Source of the DNA: Eledone cirrhosa
Taxonomy: Eukaryota
Assembly (NCBI GenBank): GCA_964016885.1
Contig: OZ024740.1
Coordinates: 328,414,001 to 328,478,000, forward strand
Direction: 5' to 3'
Length of the DNA: 64,000 bases
Position numbers and translations under genes: made by a program
Notes under the pieces: model-generated
Database searches by the model: none
What the model was told of the DNA's origin: nothing
The model's input: the letters and a program-made list of their open reading frames with translations, nothing else
Part shown: piece by piece, positions 27,630 to 39,333 of the stretch
Position numbering within the stretch: position 1 is the stretch's first letter
How the letters are laid out: every line of letters starts with the position of its first letter

Positions 27630-29792
27630 ATGGAAAGGCACCAATTGGATATGTCGTTAAAAAACATACCTATTCAGGCAAAAAGGGAATATATTCTAGG
27701 TATGATACGAAGGACCAATGATTTTATTCGACGAATCAGATGGAAAACATTCCATTTTGACAAAAGCCGTATAAACCAAACATCGGATCTTAACAAGGAT
27801 AAATTTGGATTTAAATCTTACAAGAACCCACCCTCAAACCCACTTTTGGATGCATTTGAACAAGACCTAATGGATATGATCATGGAGATCAAATTTACAA
27901 AACGGAAGAACAATAAACTACAGAATGACATCACGGCACTGCTCAATAATCTAAAAAACGCCAATGGAATTATTGTTAGAGCAGACAAAACATCAAACGT
28001 ATATACCATGGATGTGGACACTTACAATAACTTCATCCGTAAGGAATTGCATAAAAAATACAGGAAAACTAATGAAGCCACACTTAAAAACATCAACAAC
28101 TCGGCATGTGATATTGTTAAAAAACTTTGTATTGACGATAGAACGCAACCCTTAACACCAGCTATACCATCCTTCAACCTGAAGGACCACAAGGTAAACT
28201 TCGATACTAACCCTAATATTAGACTTATATGCCCCTCTAAATCTGATATAGGTAAAATTAGCAAATATATACTAGACAGAATTATCCCCCAAGTTAAGGT
28301 TAAAGTAGAGATTAAACTATGGGGTAACACTCATGAAGCAATAAGATGGTTTAATAACATTACTGATAAGAAAAAATCAAAATTTATTCAGTTTGATATT
28401 GATGAATATTATTCCTCAATTTCACCTGATACTCTACATGAAGCTCTTTCGTTCGCTAAGGATAATTCCGACCTTACGGATGCTGAAATTAAAATTATTA
28501 TGGAAGCGAGAAAAACTATAGTTAAATTCGATGATAGCTACTGGGTTCGCAAAGATACACCTTCTAATTTTGATATCACTATGGGTTCTAATGATTCGGC
28601 GGAAGTAACAGATCTTGTGGGAATTTATATCACCCACAGATTACAAGGAAAATTCAAGGATCTCCACGGCGGAATTTACCGTGACGATGCGCTCCTATTA
28701 GTTAAGCATATGAATAACCAGAATTTAGAAAGGATGCGTAAACATATCAGAAAGCTTTTTAAGGAACTAGGATTAAATATTACATTTGAATATAACCTCA
28801 AAGAGGTCAATTTCCTTGATGTTACTTTCAATCTCAATACAGATACGATTAAACCGTTCCATAAACTAAATGAGAACCTTAAATATGTAAATACGAGTTC
28901 TAACCATCCACTCTCTATAATTAAATCCATCCCTAGAAATGTTTCTCTTAGGATCTCCCGCCTGTCGTCCAACCAACAAACCTTCAAAGAACATGCCGAG
29001 TATTATGATGATGCACTTAGGAAAGCCGGTCACCTAGATAATATAGAGTATATAGTCAAAGATCACCAAAACACCCAAAATAAATCACATAGGAGTAGAA
29101 ATAGCACAGAATCACCACCATACATACACTACCGCAATAGACACAATAATAGTCGCACACCACCAAACAGAAGGCGATGTAAGGAGTATATCTGGTACAA
29201 CCCGGTCTATAACAACTCTATTAAAACCAATCTACCCTCAAAATTCTTTAGATTAGTTAGAAAACACTTTCCAACATCACATAAATATAATAAAATCTTA
29301 AACCCTAACACTATTCGACTTTCATATTCAACCGCCCCTAATATTGAACAACATATAAAAAAGCTTAACGCAAAACGGTTGTATAAACGCCTTCCAACAC
29401 ATAACAATACACGTAAAACATTAGCTATAACATCACAAAACAACAAACAACATCCTATCCTACATAAGCAACCTCATCAACCCATCCATGGCAATACAAC
29501 AACGCAAAATTATAATTGCAACTGTGTCCAACCAGGAATGTGTCCGTTGAACAATCAGTGTCTTGAACGCAACATCGTATACAAATGTACTATTGAATCG
29601 GATAGACAGAAGTGGTACTATGTGGGATCTACAGCCACCTCCTTCAAATCACGCCTTTATAGACATCGTTACTCGATAAAACATGAAAACCAGCGTTATG
29701 TAACAACACTCGCAGACAAGGCTTGGCAGCTGCGTGAAAATAACCAACAATTTCACCTAAAATGGGATATAATAGCGGCTGCCCCCCCATAG
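27630..29792 (+). CDS. PLE reverse transcriptase + C-terminal GIY-YIG endonuclease (720 aa; the TAG looks premature and the frame continues ~51 codons to 29948)
   Basis: RADKT, KDHK, QFDIDEYYSSI, ITMGS, YRDD, VNFLDV, CNCVQPGMCP (CxCx5C), IVY-YVG and KW motifs. After the TAG the frame reads SHGQEFCKLCNVELFCIMK...LLNNR...CNH. Confidence 0.92.
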   Translation: MERHQLDMSLKNIPIQAKREYILGMIRRTNDFIRRIRWKTFHFDKSRINQTSDLNKDKFGFKSYKNPPSNPLLDAFEQDLMDMIMEIKFTKRKNNKLQNDITALLNNLKNANGIIVRADKTSNVYTMDVDTYNNFIRKELHKKYRKTNEATLKNINNSACDIVKKLCIDDRTQPLTPAIPSFNLKDHKVNFDTNPNIRLICPSKSDIGKISKYILDRIIPQVKVKVEIKLWGNTHEAIRWFNNITDKKKSKFIQFDIDEYYSSISPDTLHEALSFAKDNSDLTDAEIKIIMEARKTIVKFDDSYWVRKDTPSNFDITMGSNDSAEVTDLVGIYITHRLQGKFKDLHGGIYRDDALLLVKHMNNQNLERMRKHIRKLFKELGLNITFEYNLKEVNFLDVTFNLNTDTIKPFHKLNENLKYVNTSSNHPLSIIKSIPRNVSLRISRLSSNQQTFKEHAEYYDDALRKAGHLDNIEYIVKDHQNTQNKSHRSRNSTESPPYIHYRNRHNNSRTPPNRRRCKEYIWYNPVYNNSIKTNLPSKFFRLVRKHFPTSHKYNKILNPNTIRLSYSTAPNIEQHIKKLNAKRLYKRLPTHNNTRKTLAITSQNNKQHPILHKQPHQPIHGNTTTQNYNCNCVQPGMCPLNNQCLERNIVYKCTIESDRQKWYYVGSTATSFKSRLYRHRYSIKHENQRYVTTLADKAWQLRENNQQFHLKWDIIAAAPP

Positions 29793-30416
29793 TCCCATGG
29801 ACAGGAATTTTGTAAATTATGTAATGTAGAATTATTTTGTATTATGAAATCCAAAAACATTTTATTAAATAACAGAATAGAGCGATCGTTATACTGTAAC
29901 CATCGCTTAAAATCTACATTTTCATATTATAAATACTACCAGGATTGAACGCCTGTCTCTATCCCCGTTTGATTGTCAAAATAGATATGAACATTCTTTA
30001 TTAGTCTTAATTCTATCAACTCTTCTATTATTTACCTTTTAATACAAACTGCTATAGATAAAATGAGATTTCTGATTTCTTGATTCAATTCCCTAATGCA
30101 TATACCAGCTGGCTACTAGCATTGATGTTATTTAGTAGCAATCGAAATCTCCCTCTTCCCCAATTGACACTTTATAATTAATACTACTGCACCAAATGAC
30201 CAGCCCTGTCCACTGTCCAGTTGGTCAAGTAGAGATTAAAATTGGCACTCCCAAAATTCTTATTTAGATTTACTCATGGTATTCTCATTAGAAACCCATT
30301 ATATACTTGTTTAGCAGTAAATTATTTTACCATCTGTCATATACTATCCCCTCTGTTCCTTCCTCTTTTACTAATATAAATACTTCAATTTTTCTGATTT
30401 TATCCAGTATATCCAA

Positions 30417-30535
30417 AATCTCTGAAGAAGTGACAACTGATTATACATTTGCTATCGAATGCTTGCTAACATTATATGATTACGCAAGCAGCGATACATA
30501 GGTATTCGGTCTGTTACAGAAACATATGTCAATAC
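30417..30535 (+). ncRNA. HHR-like motif with long stem II in the PLE 3' pLTR (mirror ~25523-25641 -)
   Basis: CTGAAGA-(GTGACA...TGCTTGC/GCAAGCA...TGTTAC)-GAAA-CATAT-GTC with palindromic stem III. Stem I pairing is poor. Confidence 0.5.
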
Positions 30536-30691
30536 CTAATAAATTCCTTTTTTAACAAAAACACTTTCATTTTATATTCATCCTTTCTACATTTTCTCCG
30601 GAATATAATTTATACTCGTTGAGCAAACCTGCACGTACGCTGTTCATCTCTAACGTAACGATATATTATCACTACATTATTGATAACCTGA

Positions 30692-30744
<53 letters not shown>

Positions 30745-30779
30745 AGTATATATATATATATATGTATATATATGTATAC

Positions 30780-30899
<120 letters not shown>

Positions 30900-31051
30900 A
30901 TATGTGTATATGTATGTGTGTATGTATGTATGTGTGTATGTATGTATATGTGTATATATATGTGTATATATGTATGTATGGTGTATGTGTGTATATATAT
31001 GTGTGTGTATGTGTGTATATATGTATATATATGTATGTGTATGTGTGTATG

Positions 31052-31124
<73 letters not shown>

Positions 31125-32213
31125 GTATATGTTGTGTGTGTATGTATATATATATATGTATATATGTGTGTGGGTGTTTGTGGGTGCGCGCGAGTGTGTG
31201 AGTGTGTTTGTTGATTTTTGGCATATAGTTGAATAGTTTAAGAGAAATTTGAAGATAATCATGATATGCACTCAATATTTTGAATCTAAGGGCGGTAGAC
31301 TGGCAGTATCGGTAGAGGGTCGGACGCCATGCTTTCCAGCATAGTTACGTCACTTTACGATCTGAGTTCAAATCCCGCCGAGGTTGACTTTGCCTTTCAT
31401 CCTTACGGGGTCGATAAAATAAAGTACCAGTAATGCACTGAGTAATTGCTGGCCTTGTGCCTAAAGTAGAAACAAATATTTTGAATCTGTCTACAGAATT
31501 CTCTAGGCCTTTGTCACTTAGTAGAACCTTAAAGAATTTAGCTTTTAAAGAATCTCCCTTTCCTTTAAATCCATCAACAATGACTGACCCCCACTGATCT
31601 TATAGACACCTGTTAGCTTAAGAGAAAGTTAAAAATAAGGAGTGGCACCCCATCCTGAACTTGTTTATAGAATTCTTTCTGCCTTTGTTTCTCTAAAAAT
31701 AAAGTATAGCTTTGAAGAATTAGCTTTTTAATAACAGAACACACTCACTGTTTGGTTGGTTTTCGCTTCTCGCTGTCTTTTATATCTGCGATCTAACTTA
31801 TTCGGTCCTCAATGTTGCCATTGACTGACCGGCGGTCAAAGATAATACAAATACAATATAGACACAAACACATATATATAGTTTACATAATTTACATAAA
31901 TCTTTCGTTGCACATCTGCAACATCGTCAGTGGTGTTATATTCATTGTTCCTCCTGTTGTGTTGTATGTCTACGCCATTTTTTTTGTTCGGTCTGTCTAT
32001 ATATTTATTTATTTATTTGCTTGTTTGTTTATCTTATTTTATTTTGTCTTCTTTGCGCATGCGTTTGCGTGTGTGTATAGTGTTATGTGTGATGTGTGAC
32101 TAGTGTGTATAGTGTTGTGTCTGCTGGGTGACTAGTGTGTGTTTATGTGCTTGTTGTTATTGTGCTTGTGTATGTATTTATTTATCTTATTTTATTTAAT
32201 TTTCTTTACTTAT

Positions 32214-32815
32214 TTATACTTCTCTTAGGTCAGTGTTGTTTGTTTGGGTGTTGTTGTTGTTCCACTCATTCTTTCTGTTTAGCTTTGGTCTTCTAATTTC
32301 TATTTCACTGGCCTCTCTGATTTGCCTATCTGCTGGGTCATTCCTATGTTTAGATATTATTCTAATTTCTATGTTGTCTATGTTACCGTCATGTTGTTGT
32401 CTAGCATGTTCGTATAGTACTGACCCGTTTTTTCGTCCTTTTAGTTCCCCCCAGTGTTGGTCTATCCTTTCACCTATGCTACGAGCTGTCTCACCTATGT
32501 ATGTTGTTGTCATGTTTCTGCAAGTACCCTCTGTACATCTTATGCTATAGACTACGTTTCTAGTTTTACAGTTTATCCGGGGGTTCACCTTACATATGAT
32601 ACATTTCCTATTGGTACAGTGGGTTTTCTTAAAAGGGTAGGTTTTGCTGATCAGGGATTTTATTGTGGTTCCTGGCTTTTCTACCACCTTTATTTTTAAG
32701 TGGGTCTTTCTCAGGGCCTTTCTACACTGGTTAGCTAATTTCCCTTCAGGGGTGGCGTCCACAAACATGACACTCTGATATCTCTGGTTGTCGTACCATG
32801 ATGTGGCTTCCCTAT
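32214..32815 (-). CDS. PLE GIY-YIG endonuclease with Cys-rich linker and CCHH motif
   Basis: SWY...SVMFVDATP, C-x4-C-x2-C-x7-C linker, VVY-SIRC...C...YIGET..R..QH...H....H. Joined to the RT by a single 1-nt frameshift near 32800-32815. Confidence 0.85.
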
Positions 32816-35149
32816 CTTATGTCTAGCCCTATCTAAGCTATTCCATGATTTGCTCCTGTATAGTGGGCAAATTCCTTTCATGTCCAGTTCTATGAGGGTC
32901 TTATACTTTTCCATGGCTCCTTCGTATACTCTGACTCTGTCTCTTTGGTTGTAGCCAGAGAACTGCATGCGGTTGATGAAGTGTTGGATGTGTCCTTCCA
33001 TTTCTGTTGGGTCGCACATGCTGGACACATTCTTCATCACTCGTACCAAATCTGCGATCAGAATATTAAACTTAGCACTACTGGACATTGCTGAGTTTTT
33101 GAGTATCAGGTATTTGGAGGCCATGGGTTTAGCATAGTGTGAGTGGAGAATTTGGGCTCTCTCGTCTATAGTGTTAATCCAGAGTTCTGTGTCTAATACA
33201 GGTAGTCTATTGTTAGGGTGTTTGGAAGGGAAGTCTATAGTTACAGTTATACTCTGGTGTATGGAATTAGCTATCTGCTGGATGCTTTCCATCGTGCTAC
33301 GTTCTAAATCAAATTTGTTAGTGCTCTCTAGTGGGGGTGTTCTTATAACTATATTGATGTCGTCTACATAACGAGAGTACATGATGAGGTCTATGGAGCT
33401 TTCATTAAGGAGATCTTTAAGTCTCCTTTCCCACCATACCATGAAAAGGTTGGCAACATCACCAGCTATGCTGACGCCGATGGCTGCTCCCTCATTTTGG
33501 GTGTAGATTTTCTCATTGAACTTAAATATGTGGCCCTTTAGGGTAGTTTTGATACTAGCCCCTATTGCATGTGCGACCATTTTTCTTACCTGATCAGTGT
33601 TTTGGGGGGTCCGTATAGCTTTGGTCCACCCAATCCACCTTCCTATGGGAGTCTTTTTAGCCATTGAGGTTATGGTGGGGGGTCTACCTCTTATAGGTCT
33701 ACTAGGGCAGAAACATCTAAGGTCATGGCTGTCTAGGTAGTCAGTGTCGTAGGTAAGTCTAAGTAGGAGGCCCAGTTCGTCTGTGTCGACGTCGCAGAAC
33801 TCCACCTCACTCTCAATGATCATCTCCACACATCTTTTCACAGCAAAATCAATGTTAATGGATGGGTACAGTGACACCACATCCATGCTGCCTATTATGC
33901 AGTTGGATAGGCTCCTGTTTTTGTTGCACTCACTGATTCCGCTGAGGAGGTCCTCTGTACTTTCACATACATCTGGGGACATCTTGATTATGGGGCGTAT
34001 AACCATTGAGAGGAAGTAGGAGATTCTGTAGTTGCTAGCTATATTAGCTCCGCATACGGGTCTTGTTGGTGGTCCTGTTGTCGAGTCGTCGACTGTCTTG
34101 TGGTCTTTGCGGAGCCCATACAAGGGTGGTATGCCATTGTTAGACGCCTGGAAGTTGTTGGCAGTGCGTCTGCTTGGCTTTAGGATGTCAGTCCACATCA
34201 TCATGTGAGCGTTGAGGATTTTTTCTCTCCCATCGTGTGTTAGTTGTGCAACTTCGCTCGTGTTGGTGATGTGGGGTTGCATTGCCTCGATGTAGTTCGG
34301 CATGCTATCTATTGACATCCTACCAGACTTATCTGTGGGTAGACACACTACCTCACCATCCCTTGTGCGCTGCTTGAGGCTAACCAAGCCTTCTACAGGT
34401 TTTATTCCAAGTTGTTGGGCCTCTGGTCTGCTCTGTCTCATAGTGTACCTGTCTACTACTTGTCTAATCTTATTTCTAGCTATGGTGAACTGTGCCTCCG
34501 TCTCGTCATCTATTTGCTGTGGTATGCAAACTCTTTTATTAAAGGGTAACCTCGTAGGATAGATATTATCCATCTTATATGTTTTGTCGGCTGGGTTGAA
34601 AAATAGTTTCTCTAAGGGGTTGTCGTTATTTCTATCGTCATAGTTGTGTGTGTTACTATTATTGTTATCATGGTGGTTGTTGTTGTTTCTATCATTAGCA
34701 TTAATATTATTATTGTTATGATTGCTAGATGTATTGTTGTTTACTTCACCGTTATTGTTGTTGTTACTGCTATTTCTACCATTGTGGTTGTTACTATTAT
34801 TATGTTTCTTGTTTTTGTTGATGTTGCTACATGTACTATTTCCATTATTACCACTGTGGTTATTGTTGTTGTTGTTCGTATTGTTACCGTTATTACTACT
34901 GTGGTCACTGTTGCTGTGTCTGTGGTTAACGTTTCTATTATTATTATTATTGTGGTTGTTGTTCCGTCTATCGCTAGTATTACTGCCATTATCACTATTT
35001 CTCACTTTCCTGCCATTGTTATGGTTATGGCTGTTATTTCTACACCCAGAGTTATTGTTTATATTACTACTAGCGTTATTATTGTTGTTGTTGTTTACCT
35101 TTGCATTCCAACGTATTTTTGTGAAACACTTTTCCAGCTCCGTTTTGCA
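32735..35149 (-). CDS. PLE reverse transcriptase with Asn-rich N-terminal insert (frameshifted relative to the endonuclease)
   Basis: PTDKSG, LYGLRKDHK, RPVC, SMDVVSLYPSI, QNEGAAIG, RYVDDI and LPVLD motifs. The frame stays open upstream of 35005 to ELEKCFTKIRW near 35140. Confidence 0.88.
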   Translation of the reverse strand, partial: CKTELEKCFTKIRWNAKVNNNNNNNASSNINNNSGCRNNSHNHNNGRKVRNSDNGSNTSDRRNNNHNNNNNRNVNHRHSNSDHSSNNGNNTNNNNNNHSGNNGNSTCSNINKNKKHNNSNNHNGRNSSNNNNNGEVNNNTSSNHNNNNINANDRNNNNHHDNNNSNTHNYDDRNNDNPLEKLFFNPADKTYKMDNIYPTRLPFNKRVCIPQQIDDETEAQFTIARNKIRQVVDRYTMRQSRPEAQQLGIKPVEGLVSLKQRTRDGEVVCLPTDKSGRMSIDSMPNYIEAMQPHITNTSEVAQLTHDGREKILNAHMMMWTDILKPSRRTANNFQASNNGIPPLYGLRKDHKTVDDSTTGPPTRPVCGANIASNYRISYFLSMVIRPIIKMSPDVCESTEDLLSGISECNKNRSLSNCIIGSMDVVSLYPSINIDFAVKRCVEMIIESEVEFCDVDTDELGLLLRLTYDTDYLDSHDLRCFCPSRPIRGRPPTITSMAKKTPIGRWIGWTKAIRTPQNTDQVRKMVAHAIGASIKTTLKGHIFKFNEKIYTQNEGAAIGVSIAGDVANLFMVWWERRLKDLLNESSIDLIMYSRYVDDINIVIRTPPLESTNKFDLERSTMESIQQIANSIHQSITVTIDFPSKHPNNRLPVLDTELWINTIDERAQILHSHYAKPMASKYLILKNSAMSSSAKFNILIADLVRVMKNVSSMCDPTEMEGHIQHFINRMQFSGYNQRDRVRVYEGAMEKYKTLIELDMKGICPLYRSKSWNSLDRARHKIGKPHHGTTTRDIRVSCLWTPPLKGN

Positions 35150-35281
35150 TCACCAAACAGTGAGTGTGTTCTGTTATTAATTCTGGCAATATTACGCAAA
35201 TATGACCCTCCACAAATATAACAATATCTGTTTCGACACACGATTTCATATAAAAAACCTCGCAAAACTAATTCATCGCCG

Positions 35282-35330
<49 letters not shown>

Positions 35331-35350
35331 AAATACACATACACATACAT

Positions 35351-35383
<33 letters not shown>

Positions 35384-35436
35384 CATACACACAAATATAC
35401 ACACACATACGTACACACATACACACATACATATAC

Positions 35437-35481
<45 letters not shown>

Positions 35482-35689
35482 AACACACATACATACATAC
35501 ACCTACATATACACACATACACACATATATATATATATACATATATATATATATTGTTATATTTGGGAGGGTCATGTTGCCAATAAGAAACACACGCACC
35601 AGTTACTTTCACTTCAATTTATTATAATAAATTTAGAAATTTAGGAATTTATAAATTTATAAATTTCTGGTTGGTTGGTTGGTTCCACA

Positions 35690-36570
35690 ACCAGATAGTT
35701 GTTTATATATTGTCAAAGTTCTTTCGTCACACATTCTGTGACCTCTTCAGTGACTGGGGATTCTTTTCTTTGTTTTTGTGCCTCTCCTTTGTTCTGTCCT
35801 ACGCCATTTTGTTTCTGTGTGTGTGTTGTGTGCTCAGTCTGCGCATGCGCCACATCTGGGTGTCTGTGTGTGTTTATATTACTTTATTTATTTGTTTATT
35901 TACATGTTACCGGTTGGTTGTTTGTTCTATGTGTGTGTGTGTGTTTTCATTTTGTCCTTAATTGTAAGTTGTGATGTTGCTGTTCTACTCATATTTTCTA
36001 TTTAATTTTGGTTGTAATTCTTTTATGTTTATTGCCTCTGTGATTTGTCTAAACATTGCGTCTTTTCTGTGTGTAGATTCTATTTTTATTTCTATGTTCT
36101 CTAATTTACCCTTATGTTCTATTTTAGCATGTTGGTAGAGTACAGATGATTCTTTACTATCTTGAAGGTCTCGCCAGTGTTCATTTATCCGTTCCCCTAC
36201 ACTACGGGCTGTCTCACCTATGTACACTATATTTTTGTCTCTACATTGTCCTTCAGTACATCTTATGCTATACACTACATTTCTAGTTTTACAGTTAATA
36301 TGGGGGCTTATTTTACAGGTTATACATTACTTATCTATACAGGGGGTCTTTGAAAAGGGTATGTCTTGCTAATAAGTGTTTTTACGGAGGTACCTGGTCT
36401 TTCTACTATCTTAATATTGAGTTTATGTTTATCTAGGGCCCTTCTAAATTTGTAAGCTAATTCACCTCTAGGGGTTGTATCGATGAACATTACACTCTGG
36501 TATTTATTGCTATCTTACCATGAGTTTATTCTATTAGCCTTATTCCTAGTTCTTTCTATTCTATTCCAAA
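35690..36570 (-). pseudogene. Diverged 3' fragment of a second Neptune/Nematis-type PLE (GIY-YIG + pLTR)
   Basis: VVYSIRCTEGQC...YIGETARSVGERINEH is homologous to the 32214 ORF, with frameshifts. Confidence 0.85.
35712..35754 (-). ncRNA. Minimal type I HHR in a pLTR
   Basis: GTCA-CTGAAGA-gGTCACA/TGTGAC-GAAA-GAA-CTT-TGAC. Very short stem III. Confidence 0.6.
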
Positions 36571-36756
36571 ATTTGCTCCTAAATTTGCTCCACTTTTCTC
36601 TCTCTCTCGGTTTTTTCTCTCTCCGTCTTTTTTCCTTCTCCGTAACACAACGACTTACTAAGATAAACAAATCCACTATCCCTGATGTCTTCCAAAAGTA
36701 ACGGTTGCATTTTGAAAGGGTATGTCAATATTTATTTATAAAACTGGTATATATTG

Positions 36757-36821
36757 TATTTTGTCTGATGAAAGCATACCATAATTTAACATGGTATCCT
36801 TGAAATATGTATAATAAAATA
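36757..36821 (+). ncRNA. Type I HHR (related copy at 50002-50058 +)
   Basis: TATTTTGT-CTGATGA-(ATACCAT/ATGGTAT)-GAAA-TATGT-ATA-ATAAAATA. The 50-kb copy has GTACCA/TGGTAC in stem II, a compensatory-looking change. Confidence 0.7.
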
Positions 36822-36857
36822 GATATGGTTTTATAAATATAGTTTCCATTTGTTAAT

Positions 36858-36907
<50 letters not shown>

Positions 36908-37044
36908 CATGTGCACACATGCACATATACATATACATATATATACACACATACACACACATATACACACACATATATATACACACATATAAACACACAC
37001 ATACACACACATATATATACATATACATATATATACACACATAC

Positions 37045-37183
<139 letters not shown>

Positions 37184-37235
37184 TATACACACACACATAC
37201 ACATATATACATATATATATACATACACACACACA

Positions 37236-37266
<31 letters not shown>

Positions 37267-37268
37267 TT

Positions 37269-37327
<59 letters not shown>

Positions 37328-37498
37328 TACATACACATACATATATATGTATATATATATACACACATACACACACACATATATATATACACATATATAC
37401 ACACATACAAACATATATAAATAAATAAATGCACACACACAGAGAACCACACAAACAGATACACACACACACATATATATATATATACACACATATAT

Positions 37499-37569
<71 letters not shown>

Positions 37570-37598
37570 CACACATATACACATATATATATATATAT

Positions 37599-37645
<47 letters not shown>

Positions 37646-37929
37646 TGTGTGTACACATACACATACATACACACACATATACACATACATATACATATAT
37701 ATACACACATACACACAAATATATACACATACAAATAAATAAGTACTCAATAAATATACGCATATACACAGGCACATAAAAACAGCTCTACAGGCAGAAA
37801 ATGCAGATAGGTAAGACGTACTCACATAACCATAGTGGCCGTATTTCAGGTTGAGGAGGGGTGGGGGTAGGGTGGGAAGGAGGTATAGGGGCTAATAGGA
37901 GGAGGTCGTTTTTAGCCATCGGGCTTTAA

Positions 37930-38440
37930 CACTGGCTTAAAGTATTTGAAAGTTGCAAAGCTCTTGTGCATTCAGTTCGAGCAGTGTTCAGAGAGTTTGT
38001 TCAGTAGCGGGCTCTTGGCGAATAAAATTTCGTAGCTCTCTGAGATACAAAGGTCGCAGCCCTTGTGTCCTCCGTTGTAAGAGCGCGCTCATCTGGAGTA
38101 TTTTCCATTTAAGCGTGAAGGGGGTCGAGTTCCTTTTGAGGTCCCAAACATAGGAGGCGAGTGTTGTCTGGTTTGATTTGTCCGGTCTTCTGATGGAGTG
38201 GGTATGGGCATACCAACGGGTCTTAAAGTTATTGGAGGTCATGCCGATGTACGTTTTTTTGTTATTGCAATCATCGGTGGCTGAGATGACATCGCATTTG
38301 TATACGATATCATTTGTGAGGCATTTGTTTTCAAGTGGGCATGCTTCCTTATTTAGGCAATTACACGAAGCCCAGTCCGGGGATTGGGTTCGGAGGTGGT
38401 TGGCTTATTTAATTTTTTAGAATTGTGGTTGGCTATATTC
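37930..38440 (-). pseudogene. Hydra-type PLE GIY-YIG fragment
   Basis: CNCLNKEACPLENKCLTNDIVYKC...YIGMTSNNFKTRWYAHTHS...TTLASYVWDLK...LKWKIL, with frameshifts. Confidence 0.85.
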
Positions 38441-38442
38441 CT

Positions 38443-38598
38443 ATATGTATGTGTGTATGTATGTATGTGTGTATGTATGTATGTATGTATATGTGTATGT
38501 ATGTATAGGTGTATATATATGTGTATATATGTATGGTGTATGTGTGTATATATATGTGTGTGTATGTGTGTATATATGTATATATGTGTATGTGTATG

Positions 38599-38635
<37 letters not shown>

Positions 38636-39254
38636 GTGTATATATGTATATATATATATATATGTATATATATGTATATGTGTGTGTGTATGTATATATA
38701 TATATGTATATATGTATGTGTGGGTGTTTGTGGGTGCGCGCGAGTGTGTGAGTGAGTGTGTTTGTGAATGTGCCTGTTGATTTTTGGCATATAGTTGAAT
38801 AGTTTAAGAGAAATTTGAAGATAATCAAATGATATGCACTCAATATTTTGAATCTGTCTACAGAATTCTCTAGGCCTTTGTCACTTAGTAGAACCTTAAA
38901 GAATTTAGCTTTTAAAGAATCTCCCTTTCCTTTAAATCCATCAACCATGACTGACCCCCACTGATCTTATAGACACCTGTTAGCTTAAGAGAAAGTTAAA
39001 AATAAGGAGTGGCACCCCATCCTGAACTTGTTTATAGAATTCTTTCTGCCTTTGTTACTGTAAAAATAAAGTATAGCTTTGAAGAATTAGCTTTTAATGA
39101 ATTCCCTTTTCTATCAACCAATGACCTACACCCATCCCACTCCCTACCCTCTCCTACCACTTGAAGAGACCTATAAATACCATACTTATTTTTTGATACC
39201 CAGATTCCTGATGATTTCTAAAGAATGAAACAGTTCTAGTCCCGTAGAATCTCA

Positions 39255-39304
<50 letters not shown>

Positions 39305-39333
39305 ATTGAACAAGCATCTCTACTTTCCAAAAT
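38443..39333. repeat. Third copy of the 24.0-25.15 kb block (inverted relative to it, lacking the SINE)
   Basis: Matches the reverse complement of ~24017-24555 and ~24743-25150 with a few substitutions. Contains the HHR at 39202. Confidence 0.9.

Larger units (their letters stand above)
27355..30697 (+). mobile_element. Hydra-type Penelope-like element with direct pLTRs (27355-27580 = 30471-30696)
   Basis: Direct terminal repeat flanking a single RT-GIY-YIG ORF. The 3' end abuts (TA)n. Confidence 0.9.
31760..35150 (-). mobile_element. Neptune/Nematis-type Penelope-like element, 5'-truncated
   Basis: RT and GIY-YIG frames plus a 3' region with a decayed minimal HHR at 31894-31936 (CTGACGA-GTTGCA/TGCAAC-GAAA). 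Confidence 0.85.

Noticed and set aside
32735-32815. Programmed ribosomal frameshift between PLE RT and GIY-YIG
   Set aside because: PLEs normally encode both domains in one ORF and no canonical slippery heptamer is evident. A 1-nt indel or sequencing error is more likely.
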